DNA of 64,000 nucleotides from Octopus vulgaris. Taxonomy: Eukaryota. Position 1 is the stretch's first letter, and each line of letters begins with the position of its first letter. The stretch covers positions 48,298,001 to 48,362,000 of the forward strand of contig OX597822.1 of the NCBI GenBank assembly GCA_951406725.2, given 5' to 3'. Below are positions 13,847-27,864 of this stretch, in pieces. The translations under genes were made by a program, and so were the position numbers. Below the pieces are notes generated by a model. That model made no database searches. It was not told the DNA's origin and saw only the letters and a list, made by a program, of their open reading frames with translations.

Positions 13847-15215
13847 TGTAATCACAGGCTTCCGCCCAGTTTCTGTCTGTCACATTCTATGCGGATTTAA
13901 TCAACCCAGCGCTTTACACAAACACTTTTCTTCCAAGTGCAGGAATGTAGGTAGGAACCCGGAGCCACGCGGTTGCAAAAAGGAACACCTTAAACACACA
14001 GCTATGCTCACACTCATTACCACCACCACCACCACCAATGATGCCGTTGCTACCACTGGCACTCTTAAAGAAACGTGGAAAAGTGGCAGTGGGGATGGTG
14101 GCGTTACTGGTGGCGGCGGAGTGAGGCGGTTATAGTGGTGGTGGTGGTGGTAATGGATGAGAGTTACAGGGTTGCTCGAAGTAATGGTAAGAGGTGTTGA
14201 TGGTGGGAAGGGAAAGATAAAAGTATATGTTCACCTTCCTCTGCCTTCTCCTCTTTACTTTAACCATTTGACACCCACGTTGCTACCTTTACTGAGCACG
14301 TGTAAACCCATAAAGCCAGCAAGCCAGCAGGCCAGCAAGCTAATGAATATACGAGGGTGGCGATGGAGGTGGGTGCAGGAATCGACCTTTAACCTGTCAA
14401 ACTATAAACTATTCTGATGTCATCGGTTACCTGCACCCGTGAAGGGTGGGAGATGGTGTGTTAGTGGTGCTGGAGGTGGGGTAGTTGTCTCGGGTGGTAT
14501 CTGTAGGTAACTGGGTGGGTAGACGGTCGTAAAGAATATCAAGATGTGACGGTCCTTAAGTCAAGTTTAACTCAGTCACAAGAAGGGCTGGAGGGGTGGT
14601 CTTGTAGGGGAGGCAGATTTATGACCCTGCAACCCCTACATCCGTCCACCCACCCAACTAATGCCTTACTGCTCCTCGCCTTTCTCTGTCTGTCTGTCTG
14701 TCATTCTGTCCCTGTTCTGCTGCACCTTGCACTCTACATTCCAAGGTGCGCGGGTAAGGGTCCCCTCTAGGTGCGCACGCGCGCGCGCACGGGTGCGTAT
14801 GCGCGTGTGTGCTTGCGCGCGCATGCATGTGTGTGTATGCGTGTCTGTGTGTGCATGTGTGTGTGCATGCGTGTCTGTGTGTGCACGTGTATGTGTGTAT
14901 GTGTGTATGTATGTGTGTGTGTATGTATGTGTGTGTGTAGCTATGTGTAAGAATGATGGTGGTAGCGGTGATGGTGGCAATGGTCGTGGTGTTTGTGGAG
15001 GAAATAAGTACCAGTTACGCACTGGGGCCGATGTAATCGAATTAATACGTAAGTCTGGCCTTGTTTGTCCCCTCTATGTTTAGCCCCTTGTGGGTAATAA
15101 AGAAATAGGTTTGTGTGTATGTCCGTGTCATGAGAATATGTGCATTGCACAAGTACAAAGAATTTGTAGAGTTTAATTTCTTCATCTGTATACACACACG
15201 CGCGCGCGCGCACAT

Positions 15216-15253
<38 letters not shown>

Positions 15254-15577
15254 TCTCCATCTGTATACACACACGCGCGCGCGCACACATGCACACACGC
15301 GCACATGCACGCACAAACATACACACACATACACACACACACAAACACAAAAAAAAATATTAAAAAAAAATTCTGCAAAATAACTGATTAAAAACATTTT
15401 GAAATATATACCGTAACACAAAACTACGGATGAATTAAACACACACATATATGCACTAACACAGACACACACACTGTATATATATATATATGTAGGTCCC
15501 GGGTTGATTCGGGGTTAACCACAGTAAATAAGGTACTCAATACATAGCAGAGTAAAATTAATTTATTATATAGAAGG

Positions 15578-15628
15578 AGCTTCTACAGAACTAGAACTGT
15601 TTCATTCAAGAGAAATCTTCAGGAAGCT
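15578..15628 (-). ncRNA. Type I hammerhead ribozyme motif
   Basis: Minus strand agcttc CTGAAGA tttc tctt gaat GAAAC ag ttctagtt ct GTA gaagct; 6-bp stem I, 4-bp stem III, GUA site; stem II is weak (U-U at its base). Confidence 0.75.
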
Positions 15629-16079
15629 AGTTAACAAGAATTGTATTGGCATTTATACATTTAGGCAGGTTTAAAGGGGTGTTGGTGGGGGACTTTTTGG
15701 GGGTAGGCATAGCGCAAAATATCATACTTGGGGGAGTGGTCAAGGAGTCAGTGTTAAATTAGATAGAAGAATAAAAAAATAAATAAAATAAAAAAATAAA
15801 AAAATAAAAAAATAAAAAAATAAAAAAATAAAAAATATATATATATAAAAAAATATATATATATAAAAAAAGGGTTTCATGTAAAAAGCAGAGTCTATTT
15901 AATGCAATAATAGCGGGCGTTTATTAATGTTCTCCTCTATAACGGATGCGGCAAATCCCATCCAAGTATGGGTTGGCTATGTATACACACAACTGAAAAA
16001 GCGCGACGAAGCTCAAATGCATTTGCCCTTCTCACGCGTTGCAGTTAAGATTTCCGTCTCCCAATGATATATATATATA

Positions 16080-16341
16080 TATCAAAATAAGCAACAAGGA
16101 TATCCAGAGGTAATGCAGTACGATCGTTTCATGCAACTCCATTTAATTGTACAATGCAAACATTTCATCAATTTAAAATGTAGAGCAATCTTCAGCTGCA
16201 CAAAAAACATAGAATTTATTTTTAATTTAAAGGACACATTAGTATAATTTTATCTAAAATCTCCAAGAGGATATGGAGATAGACAAAGAACATGTTTACC
16301 AACAACATCACAAAAATAATATCTCTTATGGACAAACTATG

Positions 16342-16414
<73 letters not shown>

Positions 16415-16447
16415 TTAAACATATATTGTCCATAAGAGATGTTATTC
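16080..16447. mobile_element. (TA)n-embedded module with short inverted repeat
   Basis: 16080-16245 is homologous (inverted) to 10481-10635; 16315-16348 is inverted against 16413-16447. Confidence 0.6.
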
Positions 16448-16884
16448 CTGGATGAATACCACAGTAACTTGCCTTACAACGCTATATATACATTAAGTGT
16501 AATTCATAGATGGTTATTCTCACTTAGTTCTGCATCTATTACATATAACTTTTGAAAGTCATATTTTAACCTTAAGGGAAGTAACTCTGAGTGAGCCAAT
16601 GTGATAACACTGACGATTCGCTGCAACCATCAAAACCAAAGTTTGAAAGCTGAGAGAACGAATAGGAGTCACAAATAGATGAAATCCCTAGATGATTTAA
16701 ATGCACAACTCTGATAGCCAAATAGTTAAAAAGTGTCAGTGAAGGGCACCCAGGGGTCACGATTTGGATGCGGCCCCGCCCCGCCCCCTTAGAGTGTAAG
16801 AAGTTAAGGACCGAAACACTTGCCTGAAGGGGGTTTCTTCTCTGAAGACCTTCTGCTCTTCAGCTCTCTTAGGAGTTTCTTACC

Positions 16885-16949
<65 letters not shown>

Positions 16950-17406
16950 CTGTGTGTATTAAGAATAGGTAGAAACACTCATATATGATATTCGTGACAG
17001 GCCTTGCAGTGCAGACGATTCCCACCATCAGCCCACCCCACTGGATTCACATGCGGTGTGTGTGTGTGTGTGTGTGTGTATACACATACATAGATAGATT
17101 TCGGGCAATGGGGCTATTTTATGTTTTCCAGTCGTATTTATCGTTGACCGATTTATTTTCTCGATTGTTCTTATAAGTTTTTAATCTCCAAAATTATTTT
17201 AAATATCAATCTTGGCTTGGCACTTGTTACATTCCAGTAATTGTTTTTTGTTTTTCTCTTTCTTTCCTTGTCTTGTTTTTCTCTTTCCCTTTTAATAACT
17301 TTCTTATATATGCGTGTGGTGGGGAAATGCGGCTGAACGAGAATCTAAAGTTTCATCAGGGCAGGGAATATATAACTGACGACGTATATCGATATGCATT
17401 CTCCTC

Positions 17407-17469
<63 letters not shown>

Positions 17470-17716
17470 CATTTATGAGTGTATGGGTTTTGTTTTGCCT
17501 TTTTTCTGTTTCATGTGTATGCTAATGTAAATATATGTCTCGTTTCTTAATAACGACAACTGGCAGCTTAAAACGAGGTCAAAGAGTCCATTGAATTTAT
17601 TTGGTTTTTTGTGTTAAGCCTTCTGAACTTTATTATATTAGAGACTGGAGTTAGTTAACTTTTAATTTCTTTCTTCTTTTTTTTTTTGTAATTTTTATCA
17701 TTTTTACTTTTACTTT

Positions 17717-18206
17717 GTTACTTTTACTTGTTTCAGGCATTGGACTGCGGTCATGCTGTGGCACCACTCTGAAAGGTTTTAGTCGAACAAATCAATTCCA
17801 GTAGTCATGTATTTTCTGTAGAAAAAAACCTTTGGTATTTATTCCAACAGTCTCTTTCGCTAAACTTCTAAGTTACGGGGACGTAAACAAACCGATATTG
17901 GTTACGTGACACACAGACACGCACATATTTGCATAATTGAGCATTTACATCACCAGGAGATTTCATCTACTTGTAACCCCTCTCCGTCGACACAGCTTCC
18001 AAACTAATAATAGATCGAACCCAATATTTATATTTAATATCTGATACTTATTCTATCGTTCCTTTTTATCGAACCGCTCATTTCCTGAGACAAACAAATC
18101 AATACTTATTGTCAAGCGGTGAAGGACAATTACATACGCAAAGATGCACAGAGATATTTGTGTGTGTGTGTGTTTTAGTATAAGTATATATATCTATATT
18201 TGTCGG

Positions 18207-18295
<89 letters not shown>

Positions 18296-18450
18296 ACGAC
18301 GGTCTTCCACAACTTTCCTCCACCAAATTCACTCATAATACATTAATTAGCCCTTGAATGCAGTCGAAGGTATCACACAGTGGGACTGAACCCAAAAGCA
18401 CGTGGTTGCAGAGCAATCTCTTTAATGCATAGACACCCGTGCCTGCGCCT
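17717..18450 (-). mobile_element. Degenerate SINE family 1 copies
   Basis: Tail cttttacttgtttcag..attggactgcgg; head end cctgcgcc at ~18449. Confidence 0.6.
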
Positions 18451-18539
18451 GCACATTCCGTCGTTATCAGAACATTTTATGTAAACGTAGCTAACGTTAT
18501 GTTTGCTTGCTCGTTAGCCTGCTTTTTAGGCCAACCGCC

Positions 18540-18688
18540 CTGCTGTCGTGCTGCCCAGCTGCCGTGCTGCCCAGCTGTCGTCCTGCCCAGCTGTCGTGCT
18601 GCCCAGCTGCTGTGTTGTTGCCCAGCTGCTGTGTTGTTGCCAAGCTGCTGTGTTATTGCCCAGGTGCCGTGCTGCCCAGCTGCCCAGC
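18540..18688. repeat. GC-rich minisatellite, 16-19 bp unit tgctgcccagctgycg
   Basis: About 8 degenerate tandem units. Confidence 0.8.
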
Positions 18689-18905
18689 AAATGTGATGTT
18701 AGCGGGATAGAGAATATTTTATGGTCAATATATGCGCATAACTGTGTTGTTATGTCGGCCCCTTTATAACCATGTAGATCCGGGTTTAGTCTCAAACCGC
18801 TTCCCCATGGACAAGTTTTCTTACTACAGGCCCGCGCTGAACAATGTCATGTGAGTGAATTTGCTAGATGAAAACTGTGCAGAAAACAGTCGTATAAATA
18901 TATTA

Positions 18906-21163
18906 CTAGCAGTATAGCCCGGCGTTGCCCTGGATTAAGTTAGGTTTATTAAGTGATCAAGCGCTTTGTTTCAAACCAAAATAAGTGACACCGACATCAA
19001 ATTAGAGCGAAATCCGTTGAAATTGGTAAACATTTGACTGAAAATGGGTTGCAGGCAATTTGATTGGGAAATCCCATAAGGAATCAATTTATCCATTATT
19101 TCCACTCATCGATTGTTTTTTTTTTTGTTTTTTTTTTGAGAACTTAAAGCATTCAAAGATCCCATGAGTCCTATGCAATGGCATCAAGTTTGAGCAAAAT
19201 ATGTCAAAATTGGTAAAAGTTATGGTTGAAAATGGGGTGTAGCCAATTTTAATGGGAAATCCTATAAGGAATCGGTTTATCAATTTTTTATCCTGATTGA
19301 ATGGAAAACTCCAAATGGATGCCTGCCACCGATAGTATTTGGCCTTGGGATTTGTTGATGGACATGGCGAAGCATGGTCTCACCGGGAACTGCGATCTGC
19401 GGGAGTTAAACGGCATGTCTTACCCCAAGGGATAAAGCTGCATCCTTCAAATGAAAACATTTTCACCATCACCCCCCGCACCCTGTAACAATGGTGGCCT
19501 CAATCAAGTGGGGTGTCAGGGACTTGACTACTAAGCGGATCCCGTTGCACTGTTTAGGCGGAAGCAAGTTTCTGATTAGCATAATTGGGCATCCAACCTT
19601 TAGCCTAGGAATGTGACTTGGAAGCCCTGCTGGCTCCAATGAGCTGAGAAACTCGATAGGGTAATTGACAATGTCTTGGGAGTCAGAGGTCCAGTCAATC
19701 GATTTGTAGATGCGCTCCTCACTCGGAATTCGGCTTATGAGCTGGTCGTTGATAGCACTGACAGCTATGTTTTGGGGGACCAGAATGGTTCTTTCACTGA
19801 GCCAATTGATGTCTGCATAATTACTTTCCAGATTGGGGAACACTGTCTCCAAAAGATCGGAAGGGTTGTCCACGGTGTTGCACAGTTCAGAGATGGATAT
19901 GTCGTTCCTATCATTCCTAGGGACCTTGCCTTCTGTAAAATGTTTTCAGCAAATGCTGCAGACGTGCTATCACCAAGCAAGTGCGCACGCATGTTTGTGC
20001 TTAGGCTTAAGGTCGTAACCTGGATCCACAACGTGAATGACTTAAGGTATGCGCGAACTTCATCATCCCGGCTCCCTTTAGGGATGACAGGAAGGGTTTG
20101 TTGGAAATCTTCTGAAAGCAATAGAGTTACACCACCCATCGAAGCTGTAGAATCCCTGATACCTTTCAGTGACCGGTCCAGTGCCTCAAAGGCACTCTTA
20201 TTGGTCATTGTGCATTCGTCTCATACAATGAGACGGCACTGTCTAAGAACTTCAGCTTCCCCTGAATTTTTGCCAATGTTGCAAGTAGAAATCTCGGCCC
20301 TCACCAAATGTAAAGGCAGCTTGAATGCCGAGTGCACCGTCCTACCTCCCGGCAATAACGTAGCAGCGATTCTTGAGGAAGCAACGGCTAGCGTAATTTC
20401 TTTCTTGCGACGAATCTTAGCAAGTATTAATTGTGTTACAAAGGATTTGCCGGTATTTCTAACAGCATCGAGCTAAAAAAATGCTGCCCGTCTGTTTTTC
20501 AACAGCACTGACGACAGTTTCGCGCTCTAACCTCTGATCAGGGACTAATTTCGGTTCATTTACTCTCAGGTACTCCGCAAGGCCATCAGCGTCATACGAC
20601 AACTCCAGAAGTAACTTTGGTGGGAGTGTGTTAACGTCCTGTCGCAATGAGGATGGCAAACCGAATGTGTTCAATGCTGCCCCACCCATTTTGAACAGGG
20701 CATCTTCGATTTTAATCAGCGTATTATGGAAGCCTCGGAAATTTCAGCCCTCTACTCATTGATCTTTTCACCATCTATATCTATTTTTCAATGTACGTGG
20801 AAAAACACGGAGATTAAGAACATGGAAAACATTTTTTTTAAATCTCAAATTTACCATGAAAATCTCCAGGGAAATTTTTAGATAACACTCGCACGATTTT
20901 CACTAAGAAAAAAAAATCGGATGTTTTGCGTGGAATCAAATACCTTGGCCTCCTAATATGCTACAAAACTATTTTTGCGGTCCAAGAAACGGGGTGGGGG
21001 ATGTGATGGAACCTCAGAAATTTTACCCATTTATATAAGTGTAATTCACTGACAAATTGTTACCTACCTCATTGTTTATAAGTTTTTAAATAAATGGATT
21101 CTCAGCAAAAACACTTTTTTCTTCGGCGTAAAATAAAAACAAACTCTTTCGCGCCCAAAGTAA

Positions 21164-21222
<59 letters not shown>

Positions 21223-21499
21223 AGGAGAGAGAGAGGAGAGAGAGAGAGAGAGAGAGGGAGAGAAAGATGAACGATTTAAAATAAATAAATGATTTAAAAT
21301 AAAGATATTTTAATTGTTGTGTGAGAAAGTATATATAATCTGATTATAAAATATGGTGTCTTAAATACTATATCTCGTGTTTAAGAAAAAATCATGTTAC
21401 ATTTTTAATTTTGGTGAACGCTGTCACTTACACACATACACACACATACATCAACACACAACGTCTCTCTCCCTCACGCACACATACATCAACACAACT

Positions 21500-21535
<36 letters not shown>

Positions 21536-21699
21536 ACACACACACACATTTTCACTTCGCTATGTTGACAATCGATTTTTACCGCTACCCGCGGATACCT
21601 CGGGAAAAATAATTTGACGAAAATACACCTAGAATCGTGACGAATGTCCTCTTAAAATTGGAGTGACATGCGTGCAAATTTGTGGACGTGTATAAACTA

Positions 21700-21750
<51 letters not shown>

Positions 21751-21810
21751 CCTGCCTTTTATATATACATACACACACACACACATCCTGCCTTTTATAT
21801 ATATATATAC
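18906..21810 (-). mobile_element. Helitron, internally deleted
   Basis: Minus-strand 3' end cca/cgggcaacgccggg hairpin + CTAG|T at 18906; 5'-like end tatatataaaaggcaggatg(tg)n near 21810; internal PIF1 helicase. Confidence 0.75.
19308..20720 (-). pseudogene. Helitron PIF1-family helicase, frameshifted
   Basis: Motifs TGKSF, VASSRIAATLLPGGRTVHSAFKLPL, DECTM, DFQQTLPVIP, LKVGCPIMLIRNL, CNGIRL, FAMSINKSQGQ across three frames with stops. Confidence 0.9.
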
Positions 21811-22138
21811 ACACACACACGCGCGCACACACACTCACACATATATATATTCAGAATTAGATAAAAAACCAAGGCTGCGAAGATTTTAGAACATTTATAA
21901 ATAAGTCTTACAGCTGTTTCCAGGAGGTTTCCAGGAGGTGCTCCAGCATGGTCACAGTCACATGACTGAAACAAGTAAAAGAGTATATATAAACATGCTG
22001 TTATGTGACCTACGTTGGACTCCTTATTCGCATAATCACCGAACCTGAAGCTTAACTATGGTCTGTCCATAGTACTTACTCAGTATTACATGACACCTTT
22101 CGGTCTTATTGACACCATTACCTCTAATAACCTAACTG

Positions 22139-22213
<75 letters not shown>

Positions 22214-22267
22214 CAACAAAGCCAATGATGTGTTGAATTTTCAGCACATTTATAAAGAGAATGTTAT

Positions 22268-22313
22268 TCTTACACCTGTTTCTGGGATATTAAGAATATC
22301 CCTTCATCAGAGA
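22268..22313 (-). ncRNA. Minimal type I hammerhead ribozyme motif
   Basis: Minus strand tct CTGATGA a gggatatt ctt aatatccc a GAAAC aggt GTA aga; 8-bp stem II; lies in TA-flanked module 22209-22470. Confidence 0.75.
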
Positions 22314-22529
22314 CGATGTGAGATGGTTAAATAGAGAGAAATATTAGAGTTCCATATAGGGAGTAATTCTGGAAGAGAAAGCAAATCAGGAGTATATAAA
22401 GAAATAAGAGAATGAATGTAGGAAGCATTACCTGGCCACCATGGGGCTTCTGACTACCAATACCTCCCATATATACATACATACATACATACATACATAT
22501 ATGTATAAACATATATCTATATATCTATA

Positions 22530-22586
<57 letters not shown>

Positions 22587-22598
22587 TGTGTGTGTGTG

Positions 22599-22656
<58 letters not shown>

Positions 22657-22670
22657 TGTATGTATATATA

Positions 22671-23028
22671 CTCTTTTACTCTTTTATTTGTTTCAGTCAT
22701 TTAACTGCAGCCATGTTGGAGCACCACCTTTAGTCGAGCAAATTAACCCCAGGACTTATTATTTGTAAGCCTAGTACTTATTTTATCCGTCTCTTTTGCA
22801 TCGATTGTCAAGCGATGTTAGGAGGAACAAACACAGATACACAAACACACACACATATACATATATACGACGGACTTCTTTCAGTTTCCGCCTACCAAAT
22901 CCACTCACAAGGCTTTGGTCGGCTCGAGGCTATAATAGAAGACACTTGCCTAAGGTGCCACACAGTGGGACTGAACCCGGAACCATGTGGTTGGTAAGCA
23001 AGCTACTTACAACACAGCCACTCCTGCG

Positions 23029-23031
<3 letters not shown>
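22671..23031 (-). mobile_element. SINE family 1, near full length
   Basis: Head ggcgcaggagtggctgtgt...ccgggttcagtccc; tail gaaacaaataaaagagtaaaagag. Confidence 0.85.
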
Positions 23032-23094
<63 letters not shown>

Positions 23095-23179
23095 TACATG
23101 TTTATCTATACATGTATATGCGTATGTATATATATGCGTGTGTGTGTACGTGTGTGTGTGCGCGTGCGTGCGTGCATAT

Positions 23180-23402
23180 AGTATGTGTTGTGTTTGTCCC
23201 TCACCACTACTTCACGACCAGTGCTGGTGGTTTGCTTCACATCCCCGATTCGGCAAAAGAGAGATAGCATAAGTACCGATCGGTATGGTAAGTACCAAAC
23301 TTTAAAAAGAAAACGTAACTACTAGAGACGATTTCTTCAACAAATCTCATCTGGACGGTGCTACAGCATGGTCGCAGTCCAATGACTGAAGCAAGTAAAA
23401 TA
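23180..23402 (+). mobile_element. SINE family 1, 3' half
   Basis: ttcggcaaaagaga...aagtacc...cagcatggtcgcagtccaatgactgaa. Confidence 0.65.
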
Positions 23403-24021
23403 TGAAAACGACTGGTTCAAGATCCGTGACTTCTCTATTCCGATTATAAATATCAAATGTCTATCTATAATCAAAGGCTCATTGTATTACATTACCAAGT
23501 TCCTTTTGTAGTCGTCTGGAAATGCTTGGGGGTCTTCTAGCAAAGAAAGGGACCATCTGACACGTATTCGGTAAATTCAATATGTTAAGGGAACAGTGAA
23601 AATATGCAAGAATTTTCTGGAATTCAAGATGTAACTCTAAACTTCTAGCTATTTCGTTGTTATTTAAATTCCGATGACGGAGCGTCGTTTCTTTGTTTGA
23701 AATCAACCTCTTCGCCATTGGAAGAGTTGATGACAAAAAGACAAAAAATTAAAAACAAACAAAATACACACACATATACACATACACACACATGCATACA
23801 TACATGCATACATATTTGCAGATACATATATATATACACATGCAAGATAATTATCCATTTTAAACCCTCCTAAAGCTAATATGAGTATATATTATATCCT
23901 TTTCAGTGTGTGTGCATGCTCGTCGCTCGAGTGTGCGTGAGTGAGTGCTTGCGTGTGTTCGCGTGCGCGTGTATATATATGTATATTTATACATATATAT
24001 ATACATATGTATGTATGTATG

Positions 24022-24130
<109 letters not shown>

Positions 24131-24463
24131 TCCCTACCTTCAAAACGTGGAGTAGATAAAACATGGGATAACTGATGAAGGGAATGTTCTTTATGTTGTC
24201 TGTCTAGTTTCTATATTTGGTTTTTTTCGCTGTTCGAAAAAAAGTTCGTTTCCCATGCTTTTGTGTTTTTTTTTGTTTTCGTTTCTCATTTTGTCCACGT
24301 TTTTTTTTATTACTTCCTGTACCCATATATGCATGTATATATACATATATATGTAGCCATGTACATGTATGTGTGCATATATGCATATATATATTACTCT
24401 TTTACTCGTTTCAGTCAGAGGAAATAAACAGAGTGAATTAAAAAAGCTTTAGTAGCTAGCGGT

Positions 24464-24530
<67 letters not shown>

Positions 24531-24615
24531 TTTGGCCGAAATCAGATCGCCATGTTGATTCGCTAGCCTCTGCACGCATTTTTTTATCCTTCTTTCTGTG
24601 TTTTTTTTTTGTGTA

Positions 24616-24653
24616 TCTTTCTGTTGAAGAGCGTAGGCTCGAAACGTTAAAGA
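24616..24653 (+). ncRNA. Minimal hammerhead motif (A6>U variant)
   Basis: tcttt CTGTTGA a gagc gtag gctc GAAAC GT T aaaga; palindromic ACGT stem III; in TA-flanked module 24528-24786. Confidence 0.6.
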
Positions 24654-24784
24654 CTTGTTTTATTTATATTTCCTGAGTGCCATACTAATACAATTGTTTG
24701 ATTGTATTCCACCTGCCTTCGTCTTTTGTTTATTTCCGTAAACCTGCCTTATAAATCTTTTGTCTATTTTCATAAAGCTTCCCG

Positions 24785-24828
<44 letters not shown>

Positions 24829-24830
<2 letters not shown>

Positions 24831-27123
24831 TATAATGGAGTAAGCTGCTTATTAATTAAGTATGTAACAATTACAATAAGTACTAAAAAACAGCAATTAT
24901 TAAAGATTTTACCGCCTGGAAGTATTTTTATAAATTCATGTTCTAAGAAATTCCCTATAATTTCGATTTCTCAAGTTTCTTGAATTTTTTAAACTCCAAT
25001 TTCTTGCAAATTTATATATTTAATGTATTCACTGAGTCCAATTCACAAATTTAAATATTCATTGCATTCACTGTGGAGTATTCCGTTCTCATTTGCAAAG
25101 TCTCTCACTTTCTCTTAGAAGTTTTCATTCGCTATTTGGAAAACTGACAGTTTATTCTATTAATATATACGTAATTTATTATTTATTGAATGAAAATTTT
25201 TAAAATACCCGTATAATTTTTGAACGCGGGATAGCTGTGAGAAGAGCCCAGAAAGTTGGGTAATTACTATTAGAAGACGAGGAGAAAAAAGTAGTTACCG
25301 ATAAGTACTCGAAACTTGCACCTTATTCACAGTTTCCAAACACTCTGTACCAGTAAGCCAATATATACACAAACAAGTTACACGAGCGACTTCAACAGTG
25401 ACACACATAGATACACATACACACAAATGAAAAGCAGTGAATGTGTGTGTGCGCGTTTGGTGTTCACTGACAAAACTTCGTGTTGCATTATTTTTGCGAA
25501 GTTTTGTGAGTGGAGAGGTTACGGTTTCAAAGCGAAGAAAATATTTTGACACAAATGACATTTTAATGTTGAAGTGAAACTACTACTACTTAAATACAAA
25601 TGTGTTTTAACGGTATTTCTCAAATACAGAGTTACTACTTAAATACAGGCGTTACGTACAAAACATTTTAAATGTACGCTGTGTGGACGTGTAATGACAC
25701 CCTAACCCTAAATAACCCTAAAACTAACCCTCCCCTTCATATCGTTACGTAGATGCTTCGGAACACCTGTATTTATGTAGTGCCGTGAAACTTACGGTTT
25801 CTGTGTGTTCTTGAATGGCTTACAAACATCTACGCTGCAATTGTTTTTGTTTTAGCACACGATCTCAGATCAAGTCACTTGCTATGCAAGTACATCTCCG
25901 TAATTTTTTTTAAATCACTGCAATTGTTTTTGTTTTAGCACACGATCTCAGATCAAGTCACTTGCTATGCAAGTACATCTCCGTAAATTTTTTAAAAATC
26001 ACTGTGGATAAATGCCAGCAATGACGTTTTGAGGCTCTCCAATATTTTAATTTCTAAACAAACAATCAGGATCAGGGAGTGGGGTTGCAAAAAATTCCTA
26101 ATTTCTCAAATTTCCTTTTTTATAGCATATAAATGTATTTATGGGGGAAAGAATATTGAAAAACATCAATACATGCGAGAGTGATAAAGAAACGGGGAGG
26201 GTTGTCTTTGCATATGCTAGAAACAACAGCCAAACTGCCCTTAGATAAATCACTTTTCCCTCTGAAAATATAAACAATTAAAAAAAAATTACCGAAACTG
26301 CTCTTCCCATAGTTTTGAAGTGCAAAAAAAAAACAAACTTTTTTCATACAAAGATGCCCCCACCCCACCCCAACATTTCAAAGGCTGTGGTTTAAAAAAA
26401 AAGCGGAAAATCCCTGAACATATTTTCTCCACAAATTTCTTTAAAATCGTAATCTATACCGTTTGAAAGGGATTTGAATAAATTATCTCTAAAAGATACC
26501 CATCTTCCTGAAAGTTATGAGAGGAAAAAGTCAGATCGTGTGAATTTTCCAAAATTCCTCTCTCCACCACCTCGGAGAAATTCTTCCTCATAAATCCCTA
26601 TATACTCTGTTAAAAAAGTATCCATTTTTCTGGATGTCATGAGGCACCAATGTCGGAGGCGTATACATCTGTAGTAATGCTCTTTTATTTATACGATTTT
26701 TCCATTTCAAGTTTTTTTCATTCATTGCTTGCAATGTTCTCTCTCCCCACACTCTCTCTCACAGGCACATTGCAAAGCCTACAGGAGGGGCTGCTGAATT
26801 GAAACGTTGCTGTGAGGGGAAGGTAAAACTTGACAAATTGCTTCTCCCTCTGTTGTTGGGCTACTGTGATGTTTGTTTAAAGAAGATAGACTATGACTCA
26901 TAAAATAAAGAAAGCAATACTTACTAAGCAAGTGAGTATTATACAAAGAAATAAGTAGGCATAAACTATAAAGTGAGTATTATACAAAGTGAGTATTAAA
27001 GTGAGTATTATACAAAGAAATAATTAGGCATAAACTATAAAAATTATTTGAATTGGGAATCAAATGTGAAAATATTATCAAGGGGCTAGCAGAAAACCGC
27101 CCGGAGGGCGTTCTTTCTGCTAG
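24829..27123 (+). mobile_element. Putative non-autonomous Helitron
   Basis: 3' end cgccc-gga-gggcg hairpin followed by CTAG|T at 27120-27124; internal tandem duplications; the 5' boundary (TC after a TA run) is uncertain. Confidence 0.55.
25836..26000. repeat. ~82-bp tandem duplication
   Basis: ctgcaattgtttttgttttagcacacgatctcagatcaagtcacttgctatgcaagtacatctccgtaa occurs twice. Confidence 0.85.
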
Positions 27124-27390
27124 TATATATGTATCTATTAAGGAAGAGAGAGGAAGAGAGGGAGGCGGGTGGAGAGAGAGAACGAGATAGTCGGACTGGA
27201 AGATGGGGACACTGAGAGAGCTAGCGAGAACATGTTTGTATATGCGTGATTGTGTGTGAGTGTGTGTGTGTATGTGTGTGTGTATTGAGACGTAAAAGGG
27301 GAAAACTTAAAGAGAAATAAAGTGAAATTAGAGGGTAAAGACAGGGTAAGCTATTTGCGTAAATGATATATGAATGTTGGGGTACCTGGA

Positions 27391-27422
<32 letters not shown>

Positions 27423-27780
27423 ACACACACAGATACACCCACACATACACACACACACAGATACACGCATATATATATATATATATATGCATATATGTGA
27501 ATGTTTATGTATATGTGTTCGTCTTACAGTAACACGCGCTCACATACACACACACACACATATATATATATATCCATATGTATGTGTGTGTTTGTATGTA
27601 CGTCTGCATAGTGTGTGTATACGTGTATGTGTGTGTGTGTACGTGTGTGTGTGGGAGTTCCTGTTGATAGGGCAGGTATGAAACATGAGGCCACTGTACT
27701 CTAACTCAACTCTCCGCACTCATTCATCAACTGTCGCATTTCAACACCGACATTTTATCTTTGTTAGTTATTTTTATGAG

Positions 27781-27864
<84 letters not shown>

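Noticed and set aside
16148-16203. Minus-strand CTGAAGA...GAAA hammerhead-like string
   Set aside because: No credible stem II, stem I is out of register, and the homolog at 10521 lacks the core.
18439-18769. Cys/Ala-rich ORFs or a CRISPR-like array
   Set aside because: Plain tandem minisatellite with no unique spacers.
19676-20476. 266-aa plus-strand ORF
   Set aside because: Antisense to the Helitron helicase.
23479-23736. 85-aa non-repetitive minus-strand ORF
   Set aside because: No recognisable motif or convincing splice signals.
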